Shown piece by piece: positions 1-12,805 of a DNA stretch of 64,000 nucleotides (positions within the stretch are counted from its first letter, which is position 1; the number at the start of each line of letters is the position of its first letter). Source of the DNA: Owenia fusiformis (lineage: Eukaryota); contig CAIIXF020000001.1 of assembly GCA_903813345.2 (NCBI GenBank), positions 19,096,001 to 19,160,000 of the forward strand. The letters run 5' to 3'. The position numbers and the translations under genes were made by a program. The notes under the pieces are model-generated. The model searched no databases. It saw nothing but the letters and a program-made list of their open reading frames with translations, and was not told the DNA's origin.

Positions 1-1001
1 TAAGAAATCTGAACATAACAAGCAAGCCTTTCCATTTACGAAAATAATTATAAACGGTTTAAAATGGTCGATTATCATTTTCGGTTCTTTTGTTGAAACA
101 TACCATTTTTAATAAACATAACAAATGATAGAAACCTAAAAAGATACGAGGAAAATATATATTCAGCATTATCACAACTAAGAGCTCTATTGTAAAGAGG
201 GCCTGAAGACACTCTGCCACCATGCTGCAAACATGTTGGCCTCAAATGAATCAGACAACATGAAAAAACATGAGGAAGGATTGATCTGCTCAATCTAAAG
301 TCACTCACTTTTTCAAGTAGATCAGAAACAAAGATGTACATACTTCAGAAAAGCACATATGCACTTTTTAAATGGGCAACTACAACTTTGAATGAGAAAA
401 GATATTAAGATGGATTTTAAGAATTTCATTCGATTCTGAAGAAGAGACAACCTGCAGTTTTATTCTGATAAGTTGTTTCTGCTGGCACTAAAATACTGAG
501 CAAGACAAATTATGGAATGAAGAATCGAGAGCCATATCATGTTTGGGGATGAAATAGAGATGCTGATTGTTCGTTGATGGAATCGATAGCAAGAAATGGT
601 ATTCAATCAGACCTAATTGGTAATTATCCAGTATAAGTAAATCTCAATTTCTTTTTGTAAGCTCAATTTCCTCAAAGAGACCTACAAAACAGATATTTAA
701 GAGATTCATTTCGCTGGCATCAGATATCATTTCTCTATTCCAAGCTCATCAGCTATTGCATCGTGATTTCTAATAATTACAGGTGACTTAAGCTTGCACC
801 CACATGAAAATCCATTTGCACTCACTTGAAAATGAATGAAATCATGAAAAAAAAATTAAAAATGAGAATACTGCATAGTGCAAACCCTTGTAAAAGAATC
901 CTGGCTGTATCAAAAAAAATCGTAGACACAAGCAAATATTTAGAAACTAATTTCTAGTCATGTTACTCCTGTTATCAATACTTCTTTAATGTAATACTTA
1001 C

Positions 1002-1141
1002 TGAAAGGAAGGGGGTCTACTGTCTCCAATGCCCCCCAGGCGTTCTGTTGGGGGTGGAGGCTGTGTAAGTGGGGCATCCCCGTGGTTGGAATCAGCACAT
1101 TGAGAACCATTGTCAGATGCACTGTTATCTGCAGCAACAAG
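1002..1141 (-). CDS. dvl: Dishevelled, coding exon 3
   Basis: TTCCAG acceptor, LVAADNSASDNGSQ...PPPPTERLGGIGDSRPPSF(H), donor GTAAGT. Contains the Dvl ERxGGIGDSRPPSFH motif. The rest of the gene lies outside the window. Confidence 0.95.
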
Positions 1142-1936
1142 CTGGAAATACAGAAAAACACAATTTATTAGATTCCACATTCATTATTCTTAAGAGGGTG
1201 GTTTCCTAAAGCCCATGGATGACTGATTTTGGTTTCAGTTTTGATGCTGTAATTTGTTTATTAAATATACAATATTTTTTTGGTGATTTCACATCCATAT
1301 ATCGTTAATATCTTTATACCTCATTAATACATAAATAGAGAATTAGCAGTAGAGTTTAAATAATACACTGGTAGAACATATCAATATTTATTTAGTGTTA
1401 GTAGTGTTTATTTCCCTGGTTATTTTGAAACTATAAGAAGTGAAGTTTCTTTGATGTTCACTGTTTTTTCAATAGTCATGGCCCAAGGAAATAGTATTAT
1501 TGATTATCTCTGCAAATACCCACCCCTGTAACAGCAGGTAAGGCAGGATTGAATTCTATAGATTTTAGAGAAATGTATAAAGCATGCATACTATTACATA
1601 CTTTTCACATTTTAAAGACACTCACAATTCAATTCTACAGTGCTATTAACAATCTTCAAAACACTAAAATGTGAATAACTTGAAACCTATTACATGTATG
1701 ATAAATCTGAATACATCTCATGTTATTTGATTCTGAAGAAGTGTGAACAGAGATATAAATACTCTAGATTTTACATGGAGTGTTTTTCCACATTTTTTGT
1801 CATTTATTAATGTTTTGAAGCACCCCTTATCATTAGAGAGTGGAATGTTGTTCAATAAGAACTATTACTTTTAAAGCTTAACTTCCCCTTAAGCATACAG
1901 GTATTCTCCCAAGTTTATTTCATCATACTGTTATTA

Positions 1937-2045
1937 TAGCCAAGCTACAAGCCCCCGTGACCCCCTCTCACTATTTGACTACACATCTTCTCACACAGGA
2001 GGGAGGGGTTTATTGGGGGGCTCACAAGGACTTGTAGCTAGGCTA
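1937..2045. mobile_element. Small TAG-terminated MITE (Academ-like ends)
   Basis: TAGCCAAGCTACAAG / CTTGTAGCTAGGCTA inverted ends. The same right end recurs at ~9720-9747 and ~16490-16516. Superfamily is tentative. Confidence 0.6.
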
Positions 2046-2679
2046 CTATTATTATAGCAAGCACCAAGACCCTGCCCCTCTCCCTCTCCCCCCTCCCTGT
2101 TATCTATTTCCCCACTCTTTCTCTATCATGGGTTAGGTGGAAGTAAGGAGCACAGACTTGACTAGATTAACCATATGACCATTAATTGAACCATTTGTAT
2201 AGCATGTCTTATATGTTTACTCCCAGGAAGCAATGTGAAGGAGCTACTTTAACTTACATGCAATAAATGAGGGGGTATCTTAGAAACCAGTTCATGTTAT
2301 ATAAACCAATGTCTTGAATAGTGAAAGTCAATGCGAACTATACACATTGAAAATTCAGACAGACCTATCATTTAACAATATGGTTAGATATATTTTCAAA
2401 GCATTTCATATACGTATATGTAACCAACTTTATATATCTGGTTTTATTTGCTCCAACTTAGTATAACTACCTTGAAAAATGCAATTTATTAGAGACAAAG
2501 CGAATACATATATCATTAATTCAGTATTCTTTCTTTCAAAACAAGTATGAAACCGGTGTCAACTGAATTCTACACATTTGTCAAAATATCTGTTTGCCTA
2601 TGTGTTTTGCAAAGTCTTGCTTCATGCCATTGTGACATGATGCAAGAGTACTACTGCAATAGTAGAAGTTATTGTACTG

Positions 2680-2860
2680 TACATCAAAACCTGTCTGATG
2701 AAATTCCTTTCTGTGAGGAACACCTCCTAGAAGGAACTTTTTTCATAAAAAACACACATTTTCCCATTGACTTACATAATGGCTCTCAGTAAGGAACACT
2801 TTACCTGGGAATAGTTTCAGCCAGTACAGAGGATGGTCCTTGTTCACAGGTTTTACTGTA
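2680..2860. mobile_element. pogo/Tigger-like MITE, degenerate
   Basis: TACATCAAAACCTGT ... ACAGGTTTTACTGTA ends. Confidence 0.6.
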
Positions 2861-4716
2861 TTCTCATAATAATAAGTAGTGATGAAGTGATAGAGAGTCC
2901 ATTTGTATATCAAGAATAATGATTAAGCACTATGTTAAGAAAAAATTCTGGAGACCACTGTATATTTTGTTTGTCATATAAGATGCAAGTAGCAACAGAT
3001 TATTTATTCTTGGACCAACTACCACTTGTGAAAAGAAGCTGCAGTTCGTCATCTTGTTTAGACGAAGCATTATTTCCCAATTGACAACATATCAGTTTAC
3101 TAATCATGTAGTAACTGAAATAATGAAGTTGATATGGAGGATTTTTGGGAAAGGTAAGAAGTGAGATACTGGAAGAATTATATACAAAAATATCTTCTGG
3201 ACTTCTCCATACTGTGTCAGAAATCTATTATTCTAGGGAATATCTAGTTTTTCCCATACATCAATTCGATGACTCATATGATAAATTACGGCCACTAATT
3301 AACTTCTATATTATACTCATAGACTCCTTCAGATTGTTCAGAAGAGGTTATTCCGTGACTTCTGATGCATGGGTTCAGCTTATCATAGCATAACACATTG
3401 TAATACAGTATCATGATGTAGGAGTGGCAACACCCTTTTGTCAGAGGTTGACTTTGTGTTACCAAAAGCATCTTTATCTATGAAGGCTAGACTGCTTTCT
3501 AAATGTGTCCAAAAGAGGCCCTTATCTATAAAATGTGGCAGTACTGTGATGGGTTTCATGGCATATGATTCCCAGGGGCATAATGGTAATAACAATCCAT
3601 AAATAGGTCATAGCCTCAATCATAATCAATTTGTCTTTCAAACCTGACAATGAAGAGATCATTTGTGCCTTAGAAAATGCTCTTTTGACATGAAACTATA
3701 GCACATAAATATCTACAAAAGGATGTTGAATTAATTATCTTGCACTGGGCCCTTGTAATCTGTCTCAAAAAATAAATTCAACACCAACCAGGGCTTTATG
3801 TAAGATGAGAAGTCAGTGCATTCAACAAGCAGGTTTTGCTAATTTTGCACCTTTATTCACCACTCATCCCTATCTGATTCCCGAAAAGTGAAAATGGAAG
3901 GAATAACACATGGTGTTGATGCAAGACTATCCAGGAAACAAAATTTCTCTTTACTCTATTGGAAGAACAAAGAAACTTGTGGTTGAGTAGTTCCTGAGCC
4001 TTGATCCAGATGATGACTTCCAGTGTTTCCATAAAGACAAGACAGATACATATAATTTACATGGCCCTTGATACAAGTACCAATCAGTACACAAGACCAA
4101 TACCTCATTCCCTGATTGCTTATGAATTAATACTTAATGATGGATGTCATCTCCAGCTTCTTGCTTCATTGCCACCGATTCATTATGACATAATAATACT
4201 GGCTATGACACCCCCAATGTGCCTGTAATTTCCATAGACACAACATAATAGTCATATTGCAAATATCATTTCCATCAAGCCAAATTACTATCCATCTCTC
4301 TTGAGAATGGCAGCTAAATATTAGCTATAGGATGAAGATTGATATATTTGTACGGGGTTAACATGAGTCATCCATCTGTAGATTTATCCTATATTATGAT
4401 CTAGGTACTGTATAGGTACTACCTACTAGGTAGAGTAGCACTACAGTGCAATTTGATCTATGTTGATCAGGAATCAGTATTTTCAATACTTGATGTATAC
4501 CTTTGAAAGGTGAGGGTGAGGACATCTACCAATCGCCAATGCTTTCATTAAATGTGGCACAGGTGTGTTTGATCACACATGAGAGAGAGAGGTTCGCTTC
4601 CTAGCTAGACAGCAACAATTATGTAATTTGGTTTAATTGAATTATCATGTTTTATAGACTCATGATCAGGGAAGCGAAAGTAACATATGTTTTTGGGCAT
4701 CTTGGGGCACTTATAA

Positions 4717-4886
4717 CAGTAGAACCTGTATAAGAGGAACATCCCTGGGCCCACAAAGTGTTCAAATTACTAGGTATTTCACTTACTAAGGTTCACTTAA
4801 GCATGGAGTCAATGGACTGCAGGACTTCAAAAAACTGTTCAACTTGTGAGGTATTCTACTTAAGAGATGTTCCACAGTTTCTACTG
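4717..4886. mobile_element. pogo/Tigger-like MITE, degenerate
   Basis: CAGTAGAACCTGT ... ACAGTTTCTACTG ends. Confidence 0.6.
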
Positions 4887-4990
4887 TGCTTTGCTTTGGA
4901 TAGTCCCTTACCATAAAGAATTGGAGAGTTCAAAGGTAATACTGGTGAAACTTTTCAATCCTTATCGACAACATGAAAAGCACAAAGTAA

Positions 4991-5798
4991 CCCTACTATC
5001 ACACCAAACTAGTTCTCACTAAGTTCTCGAAAACGGGCTTCAACTGTGTACGAATGGAGTAGACGTACTTAGAACCGTTTGGGGTCTATTTACAAACTCC
5101 ATCGAACGTACTTGAACGGGTAGGTCCTCTAGAACTTAGAACATGCTCAAAATACTCTCGTGGTCGCCACGTTCTACAATTAGAATGAGTGACAATGTAA
5201 TAATGACGAGCTGGACGTACTACGAAAGGAACCGTCGTACTTCAATCCTACTAGGGACGTTTTTACAAAGAGTTGAACTGTCTGAGGACGTATTGAGAAC
5301 GAGGTAGAACAAATTGCAAACGGGTTTGAACTGATTAAGAACGTATTAAAGACTGCTTATGAACCTGTTAGCAAAAATATAGCTATCACACCAAACAAGT
5401 TGCCACTGCGTTCTTCAAAACTGGTTTTAAACTGTGTGCGATCAGAATGAACGTAGCTGCAACTTTCTAAGGACTATTTACAAACTTCATGAACGTTCTA
5501 AGACGGGAAGGTGATTTTAGAATTTTGAAATGATTCAAAATTCGATGGCGACCATACCGTTCTGTAATCAGGTCTCGATGACCTTCTAGACTAAGGGATG
5601 CGTTATACGACGTTGCACACCGACGTGGTGCGACCTGAACGAACTGCGAATGAGATGGACGTATTGAAGACTGTTTATGAACGAAGTAGCTAATTATTTT
5701 AGACATATTTCCCGACCACAGCCAGATTGAGCCCATTTAACGATGTTTTCGGAGGACTGGCAAGAATGGGTAAGAACTAGTTTGGTGTGATAGGGGGG
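4991..5798. mobile_element. PIF/Harbinger-like non-autonomous element (composite, with a second left end at ~5382)
   Basis: TIRs containing CTATCACACCAAACTAGTTCT, TAA on both flanks (4988-4990, 5799-5801), CpG-rich interior. Confidence 0.8.
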
Positions 5799-8700
5799 TA
5801 AGGAGTCGATTGACATATAAACATTATGTAACTAGAGAACTTTAACCTCTCCACAAGCCTTGGGAAGACTGATGCATATAAAATACCAACACTGACAACC
5901 AAAATTCATGTATATATAAAATATCTCATTTTGGCAGCAGACCATAAAACATACAGCCATTTTACAACTGTCACCATACCACAAACAAAATATTTGGCAA
6001 TTATTATTAAATGTCATAACACAACAATAGTCAGTGTCAAAATATTTTGTAATATGTTTTATATCGGTTTACTGCAGTGATGATTTCATGTGATTGTGAG
6101 ATTAAATTGGCCCCGAATTATATACCCCAAGTAGAGGGTACAAACTCGAGAGTATATTATTTTCCTTTGAATGATAACAGGATTGTGAGACTGACTGTCT
6201 TACATTCATTTATATTGCAGGTGAAGCTTGAGAAGCAGAATCAAACTACTGTACTGAAGAGGGTACAAAAATGGCAAAATATTTGTAACAAAGGGGGGAG
6301 GGGTGATCAAATTTTGAGCCACAAAAAATTGGGGGGGGAGAAACGAAAATTGGGTCCATATTTTCAAAAAGTGAAGGCCCATTTTTTGATAGAGGGGGAG
6401 GGGCATAAAAAGGCCTAAAAAGGCAACAACAATAGATGTGATATATGTCTTCATCCTTCAAGAAAGTAATCCTGTGCTTGGGTTGACCAGTGCCCAGTGG
6501 TCCATAGAACATATTGAAAGAGAGCAGATGCAATATGACCTTATTATGGGTTTTGAGGATAACATCCTATGTATCTACTCTCTTCAGAGGTCAGATATCC
6601 CCTGAAGACCAATTAGTAAAGGAAGGTGTGAGTTATGTAGAAAGACCATAATGTTCCATCAGTACATTCCTATCAGTCACATGATAGATCAAGATACAAA
6701 TCATACAGAGAAAACTATATTGAACTAGCTTGGAAAATCTTAAACATATTGAGCAGTAGTCCAGTACTTATTTCAGTATTTCATATGAATGAGCTGGAAT
6801 AAGGCTGACACTGACACTCACTTCTGGCTACTTTGAATACTAGTGAAGTACTTCCAAAAATAACAGCAGATAAGTTCCTTCAAGATCCAACTTGAGTAAA
6901 TAATATCATTGGATGGATCCAAATAGAAACTACATACCTAGCAACTAAAGGGAGACCAAGAATGATTTGTAAGCATTAAATATATTCATTTGAACAAATG
7001 AATTTTCAAAATAATCTCAGAAAATCATGGTCTACTTCTTTCATTTAGTATATCACATTCATTCATCACCTCAGTGATATTCATTTAATACTGCCAACTG
7101 TTGATGCTTTTGACATTTCTTTAAATCTACATCTTTTTTGTTTTTATTTTATTTTGAATAGTGTCTCATAAATTCTACCATTACAAGTGACATGCCACCA
7201 ACAGCTGGTACCCAAGGTCATCCAGTAGGCCAGTATATCATTCTAAACACCCTGGATCCCCACCAGATAACCATACATCCCTCTGACTACAACAGACAAC
7301 TTTAGTTTTGAAACTAATAAGATCTTCAGAGTATTATAGCATTATGATTTTCTGGTATCTAGTTTGATTACCGATGCATACGATTCTTGTCATCCATGTT
7401 GATATGTGTAGTAGGGTCATCAACAACTTCATTTGCCAGACTCAATTGTCCATAAAGAGGCGAGATGCCTACTTGGAGCATGTTTTGTTAGGTAAAGTAG
7501 TTTTTTACTCAATAGGCAGATTATCATCAAACATTCGCAACAAAATTCACATTGAATGAACTTAATACTGAAATTGCAAGGCAGAATGCAATATGCAACT
7601 TTTATTTTCTTCGGTCCTGTTATATGAACACTCTGTATTTCATTAGAGAATCCCCTCCTTTTGTCGTTGATATGTTTTCGACATTTTGATACGACCTAGA
7701 TTACTTGATGACATCTACTTTGGCATACTAAACCAGCTTCCGAGTTTCACCATTGATATGGCATATAATGGCATATGTGTATGAAACTAATATGTGGTTT
7801 CCTCTATTTGTAAAAATGATATGTTTATAATAGAACCACGACAGCTTGATGAAATGTCTTGGCTCCTGCACAGCCACAATCCAGTCACTCTGACCGTATG
7901 CATGCCATAAAGACCTACATATACTCTGTTTAATACAAATATATAACATGCAAGCATGTCAGGGTCTTTAAAAATCTGAATTGATTTTAAGATAAAATAA
8001 GGCATTGATATGACAAAATTCAACCACCTGGTAAGTTATTGCAAAAGGTTAAAGAAGTGCCCATTGACACACATCAAACCCTGGCCTAAAAAAGGCTGTG
8101 TTGTAATAATATTACTGGTCAACAAAAAGAAAAGGTGAAAATGTATAAGTCTGCTGAAACAATAAAAGAGAAGTGAACCGTAAACTGAATCTAAAAGTTA
8201 TAATATTGTTATTTATACTCAGAAAAACACTGAAAAGATGATCCTAATAGAACAATATTGGGGTATCAGCAGAGACCAATTGCCCACAAGCAATCCTCTA
8301 CATATCAACATGGTCAGTTTGCAGGACTTTTATGGAGCTGTCCATGTGACTAACTAGAGAGAAACCAGACCTCAACTGGGACAAGTGGCTCATTCATCTT
8401 GCAAGAATGTAATACACTACCCTATAACTGGTAACACCAACAGGCACTATCAAATTAGTATAAGCTAACTGACCTATTATGGATATGCTGTATATGTTTT
8501 TGATCAACACAAGATGGGGTTTCTCAAAACAAATGATATTTGTCAGAAAGTTCATGATAATTATTCATACACTCAAGCCCACTCTCCATGTTTTGATTTA
8601 TGGTATCTCTTAAAAGCACATCAAATAGTTGTTTTACTGGGAATCATTTCCTGAGAAAACACAAGTACCATGTCAAAACATCCTTTCCTATAACAACCCC

Positions 8701-9890
8701 AAGATCTCTAGCAATAACCACCCGCTGTATCATTTATTTATACATGTAGTATTGTCCATCAAAATGATATAATCAATCACAGATGACCTTACAAGATTAT
8801 TGAAAAGAAGGAAACCTGTTCAAACTCCTCAACCAGACCGATTCAAAACTGTTTTACCAGTCCTAATTTTGATTAGATTTCCACCCCCCCCCTCAACCTT
8901 CATAGCTGATTTTCAAAAATGTGACTGGAAAAAGACACATGTGCAGTAAAGAATATTGTACCTGCTTCCAGTTTGATTACCAAAGCTTGAAACCTTGGAT
9001 AACCAAAATGCACTGAATAGCCTGAATCTTTGATTTGAAACATATTTATTCTGGCTAGCTCTATCATTGCACTTTTGTAAAGAGACACAGCTTCATTTGT
9101 TGAATGGTAGCCTCAGCATTTTGGGTACTGTGTGCATGGACACCAATAGACTAATTTAGATTTTACTTTACTTTCAGATTTTTGGAATCTGTATCAGAAC
9201 AAAATCATGGAAAAATATAAATCATTCACAAAATAGGATTGACACAAAGGCCGGGAAAATTGCACGAATGCCACAATAATTCAGGATGATGTCATTTCAT
9301 TGTAGAACAAAAGCCATTTGTTTGAATATTTAATCGGGAATCTGACAATAAATCTTATTTTTTATGTCATTTATTAGTTGTTAGTCATAGGTTTCTCATA
9401 TTGAACAATATATCACTAGTAGAACCATATGTGTGTTAATCCAAAAGGACAATGATGTTGATTTACAGGTTGTCTGAAAACAGTAGAAAACGGTAATAAT
9501 GCTTGAGCAGAATTACAAAATACTATGTATTAAGACAGTTCTTGATGGAATCTCATGAACCAGAAAATGTTTGCTGGCAGATAGATCATTGCTGAAGTTT
9601 TCTCATATAAACTGAAGGTAATTGTAGTCTTGCTTTAAAACTGGACTATACCCCCCACCTTATATACTATCTACTTCACCAACATATTGTGGGGAGGTGT
9701 ATAGTGGTTGGGAGGGGGGGGGCTCACAAGGGCTTGTAGCTAGACTAAGATAATGGCAAGAGTAAGGCTAATATAGACGTAATATTTACATTGAGGGGGT
9801 TGGGATAATATTTGAGAATAAATAATCAAACATATCAAAGAGCCATCAAACCCACTTTAACACTACCTACGTGAACTATTTTGGAACATA

Positions 9891-10074
9891 CAGTGAAATC
9901 AGTATATCCCAACAGCTCTCTACTGAACACCCCTTAGTATGAAAATTTGGTCAAAATTTTTGGGTTATTCCCTGCGTTGACTCACATGTTTATAAAACCT
10001 TGGAATGTGAACACCTGCTAATCTGAACACTTTTAGGCAGTTCCAGAGACATTCAGATTAGACAGGTTTTATTG
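9891..10074. mobile_element. pogo/Tigger-like MITE, degenerate
   Basis: TA-CAGTGAAATC ... CAGGTTTTATTG-TA ends. Confidence 0.55.
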
Positions 10075-10429
10075 TATTGCTATCATGCTTAGGTATGATT
10101 CATGAGAGAATCTACCTATCATCAACAACCATGCCTGGCCCAACTGAATATAATTGAACACAGTGATCTGACCACAAAAAACCTCAAATGTAGCATTGAA
10201 TAAAAGTAAGCCATGTATTATTTCCATAAAAGCACAGCACTGCTACAGTCTCCTAAGTCCTACACTCATAAAAATAGTCTCTTTAAGGATAATCCTCAAA
10301 TGAGAATGAAATGAGACATTGTCAGCCCAAAGATAAAACTTATGTATAATACTTGGTCTTTCCCCTTTTTCAATTACCCATTTCTATGTTAAGCACCTCC
10401 TCTGTATACACGGCCTATGGAGTAATTAA

Positions 10430-11124
10430 CCTTTAGCGTGCTGCCGGCGGACGAGTCCGCCGAGACTAAAATGTCTCTCACAACTGCCGGCGGACCCGTA
10501 CGCCCGATTTCAAACTTTTAAAAACTTTACTTTTTCGCGCCATTCGTATTGTCCAATTAGATTGCCCGATTTATTCAGTGCCTAACATGACTTCCTGTTG
10601 ACCTAGAAATGGCGATATTTCGAAAAATAATTCTCAATTCAACAATTTAAACAGTGTTTTAGTCGTTTTTAGTGAACGAATCGTACAAAATGGTGGACAA
10701 ATACGATCACAACGAAAATGTGGAGGAAATGGATTACGATTTCGAGCTCTTTAGGCTCTTGGAAGCCGATAACGGTCATCGAAAAAAAAACTAGAATATT
10801 TTCTGAATTGAAAAATTGAACATTCGAATCGCTGCAAATTCAGATTTGGATTCTGACCAGACGAAGAGGCGGAGCGGCGGATTCCGGAGGAGTATTCATG
10901 GTATATTTATGCCCAGTCGTGTTAATGTACGAAAAAATTCATGAGAACATTTTTTTTCATGAGCCAGGCCACTGTATCTTCCCTTTGTGAAAATTTTATC
11001 CAGATTCATTCGGTAGTTATTGAGATATTAATTATTTAGTCCAGGCATATCATTTTTTGCACTCTTTGAAAAATAAGCCAGTTGCGTGGGATATATTTGC
11101 TGAAATAAGGCAGCATGGTAAAGG
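10430..11124. mobile_element. piggyBac-type non-autonomous element
   Basis: TTAA on both flanks (10426-10429, 11125-11128). TIRs CCTTTAGCGTGCTGCC / CCTTTACCATGCTGCC (14/16). Short acidic ORF start (MVDKYDHNENVEEMDYDF) resembling a transposase N-terminus. Confidence 0.88.
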
Positions 11125-11141
11125 TTAATGTGTGTACTTAC

Positions 11142-11211
11142 CCATGATACAACTCTGCCATTAAAACATGGCAGATGAGCTTCTTCATCTACAATTTCTT
11201 CTTTTACCACC
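11142..11211 (-). CDS. dvl: Dishevelled, coding exon 2 (DIX domain C-half)
   Basis: TTTCAG acceptor, 70 bp, (G)[23 protein letters not shown], donor GTAAGT. Phase joins exon 1 (2) and exon 3 (0). Confidence 0.96.
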
Positions 11212-12449
11212 CTGAAACACAAAAATGAACACACGTTTAGTATACAAATATGGTTATACATCAAGATAATGAACTCTATTCTCTCTCCATCTCTATTCCA
11301 TTGTTAGGCTGGGGTTTGTTTTTGGAATGGTTGTAACTTACGATTTGGTTGAAAGTCAATGTTTGTCAAAAAGTAGACAATGATTTCCTGGAATTGTTCG
11401 CTAAGATTTTAACGAAAACTAACCCCTGAGTAAATGAGAAGAGAAAGAAAGGGTAAAGGAAAGGAGTTTGATGCAAGACAAATTATACTTATATCTGACT
11501 GACCAGACTTAATGTAAGACTATTAAATATTTGACCAGTGTTAGATTCCGTTCCATGGAGTAAAAAATCCTCAGAGAAACACTTATATCATTGAAGACGT
11601 TTGATGTTGAAGCCTGAGTGACAAATCAGGGGTATCCAGGCCACACATAAACATGCAATAAAAATAAGTTTATCAGTATCTTCATTGATGTCTTATTTTC
11701 AAAGTTCTTATCTTGCAATAAAACTATCACAACAAGGAGACACAATAATGATAGTACCTGGCCTGGATATAAGTTTCATATCAGAGAAGGTCAAATCTGA
11801 ATGAACAAGTGTATTGATTTCAAATAAAGGGAAAGCTATCAAATCAGTAACCACAATCTACCTCTCTAGTGAAGTTCCTACAGAAAAGACAGTTAGTACA
11901 CTCCCATAAATATGGAGTTTTTTGCTTTTAATATTTTCTACTCGCCAAAACAACAGTCCCACGATTTAAACCTCTCAAAATCTTAAGTTGAGTAGTTTCT
12001 TAGAATGCGGTGACTTTAGATCTTGAATAGCTTTGCATAGTGAGGATAGTTCAGTACTATCAAGACCTGCGGAGCCACCTACCCTCACATTCGTAGAGTC
12101 TAAGCACCAGTTCACTGGACAAGTCTCAAAAATATCATTGAGTTAAGTTATCTGAAAGGTCTGACAAAAATCAAACAATTTGTTATATACTGCTATACAG
12201 CATTTTCTTATTGCTGATATGAATATGCATTGCTCTGGACAACTCAATGAAATCTGATTGAAAGAATAAAAGGAAAGTTGAAAGGCATGAAGTAACTGAC
12301 TGACAGGCTGAGGTCAGAAATCTGGCCAAACATCAACACTAAAATGTACCCTGGAGTCAACATCAAGTGTACTACCCTCTTACAAAGACCAATACTTTTA
12401 CAACTTGCCATTCAATCCTTTGCCCTGAGCTCACCACTAGAATACTTAT

Positions 12450-12805
12450 CTCTAAGGACCAATGTAGACTAGATACGAGAAGAAATATTCTTGATTTAAG
12501 TTATTAAATATTCAAAATTCAGTCAAAATGATGTTATATTTGAAATCTACATGTAAAGGTACATGTAGAAATATGAAAATTGTTTATCAACTTTGAAAAT
12601 TTAATTTTTTTTGAAAATGTGACTTCTAGTTAAAGGAGATTCCCCATAGACCCCCATGTTATTGTCACAAAAAGTGAAATGTCTCTTCTTGTATTGGAAG
12701 ATACATTTTTTTCTTTTACTGGACATATTCTAATTTGCATAACTATTAGATGAAAATTGAACCACTAAAACAGATGAATATCTAAGTTAAAGGGAACTTT
12801 CTACT
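12450..12805 (+). repeat. Dispersed repeat (copy 1); inverted copy at ~31730-32085
   Basis: Shared blocks such as TTTTACTGGACATATTCTAA and TTGAACCACTAAAAC...AAGGGAACTTTCTA appear reverse-complemented at 31730-31840. Class uncertain. Confidence 0.7.

Noticed and set aside
7372-7482. Possible alternative first exon of dvl (MLQVGISPLYG...)
   Set aside because: Weak donor, and its phase is incompatible with exon 3.
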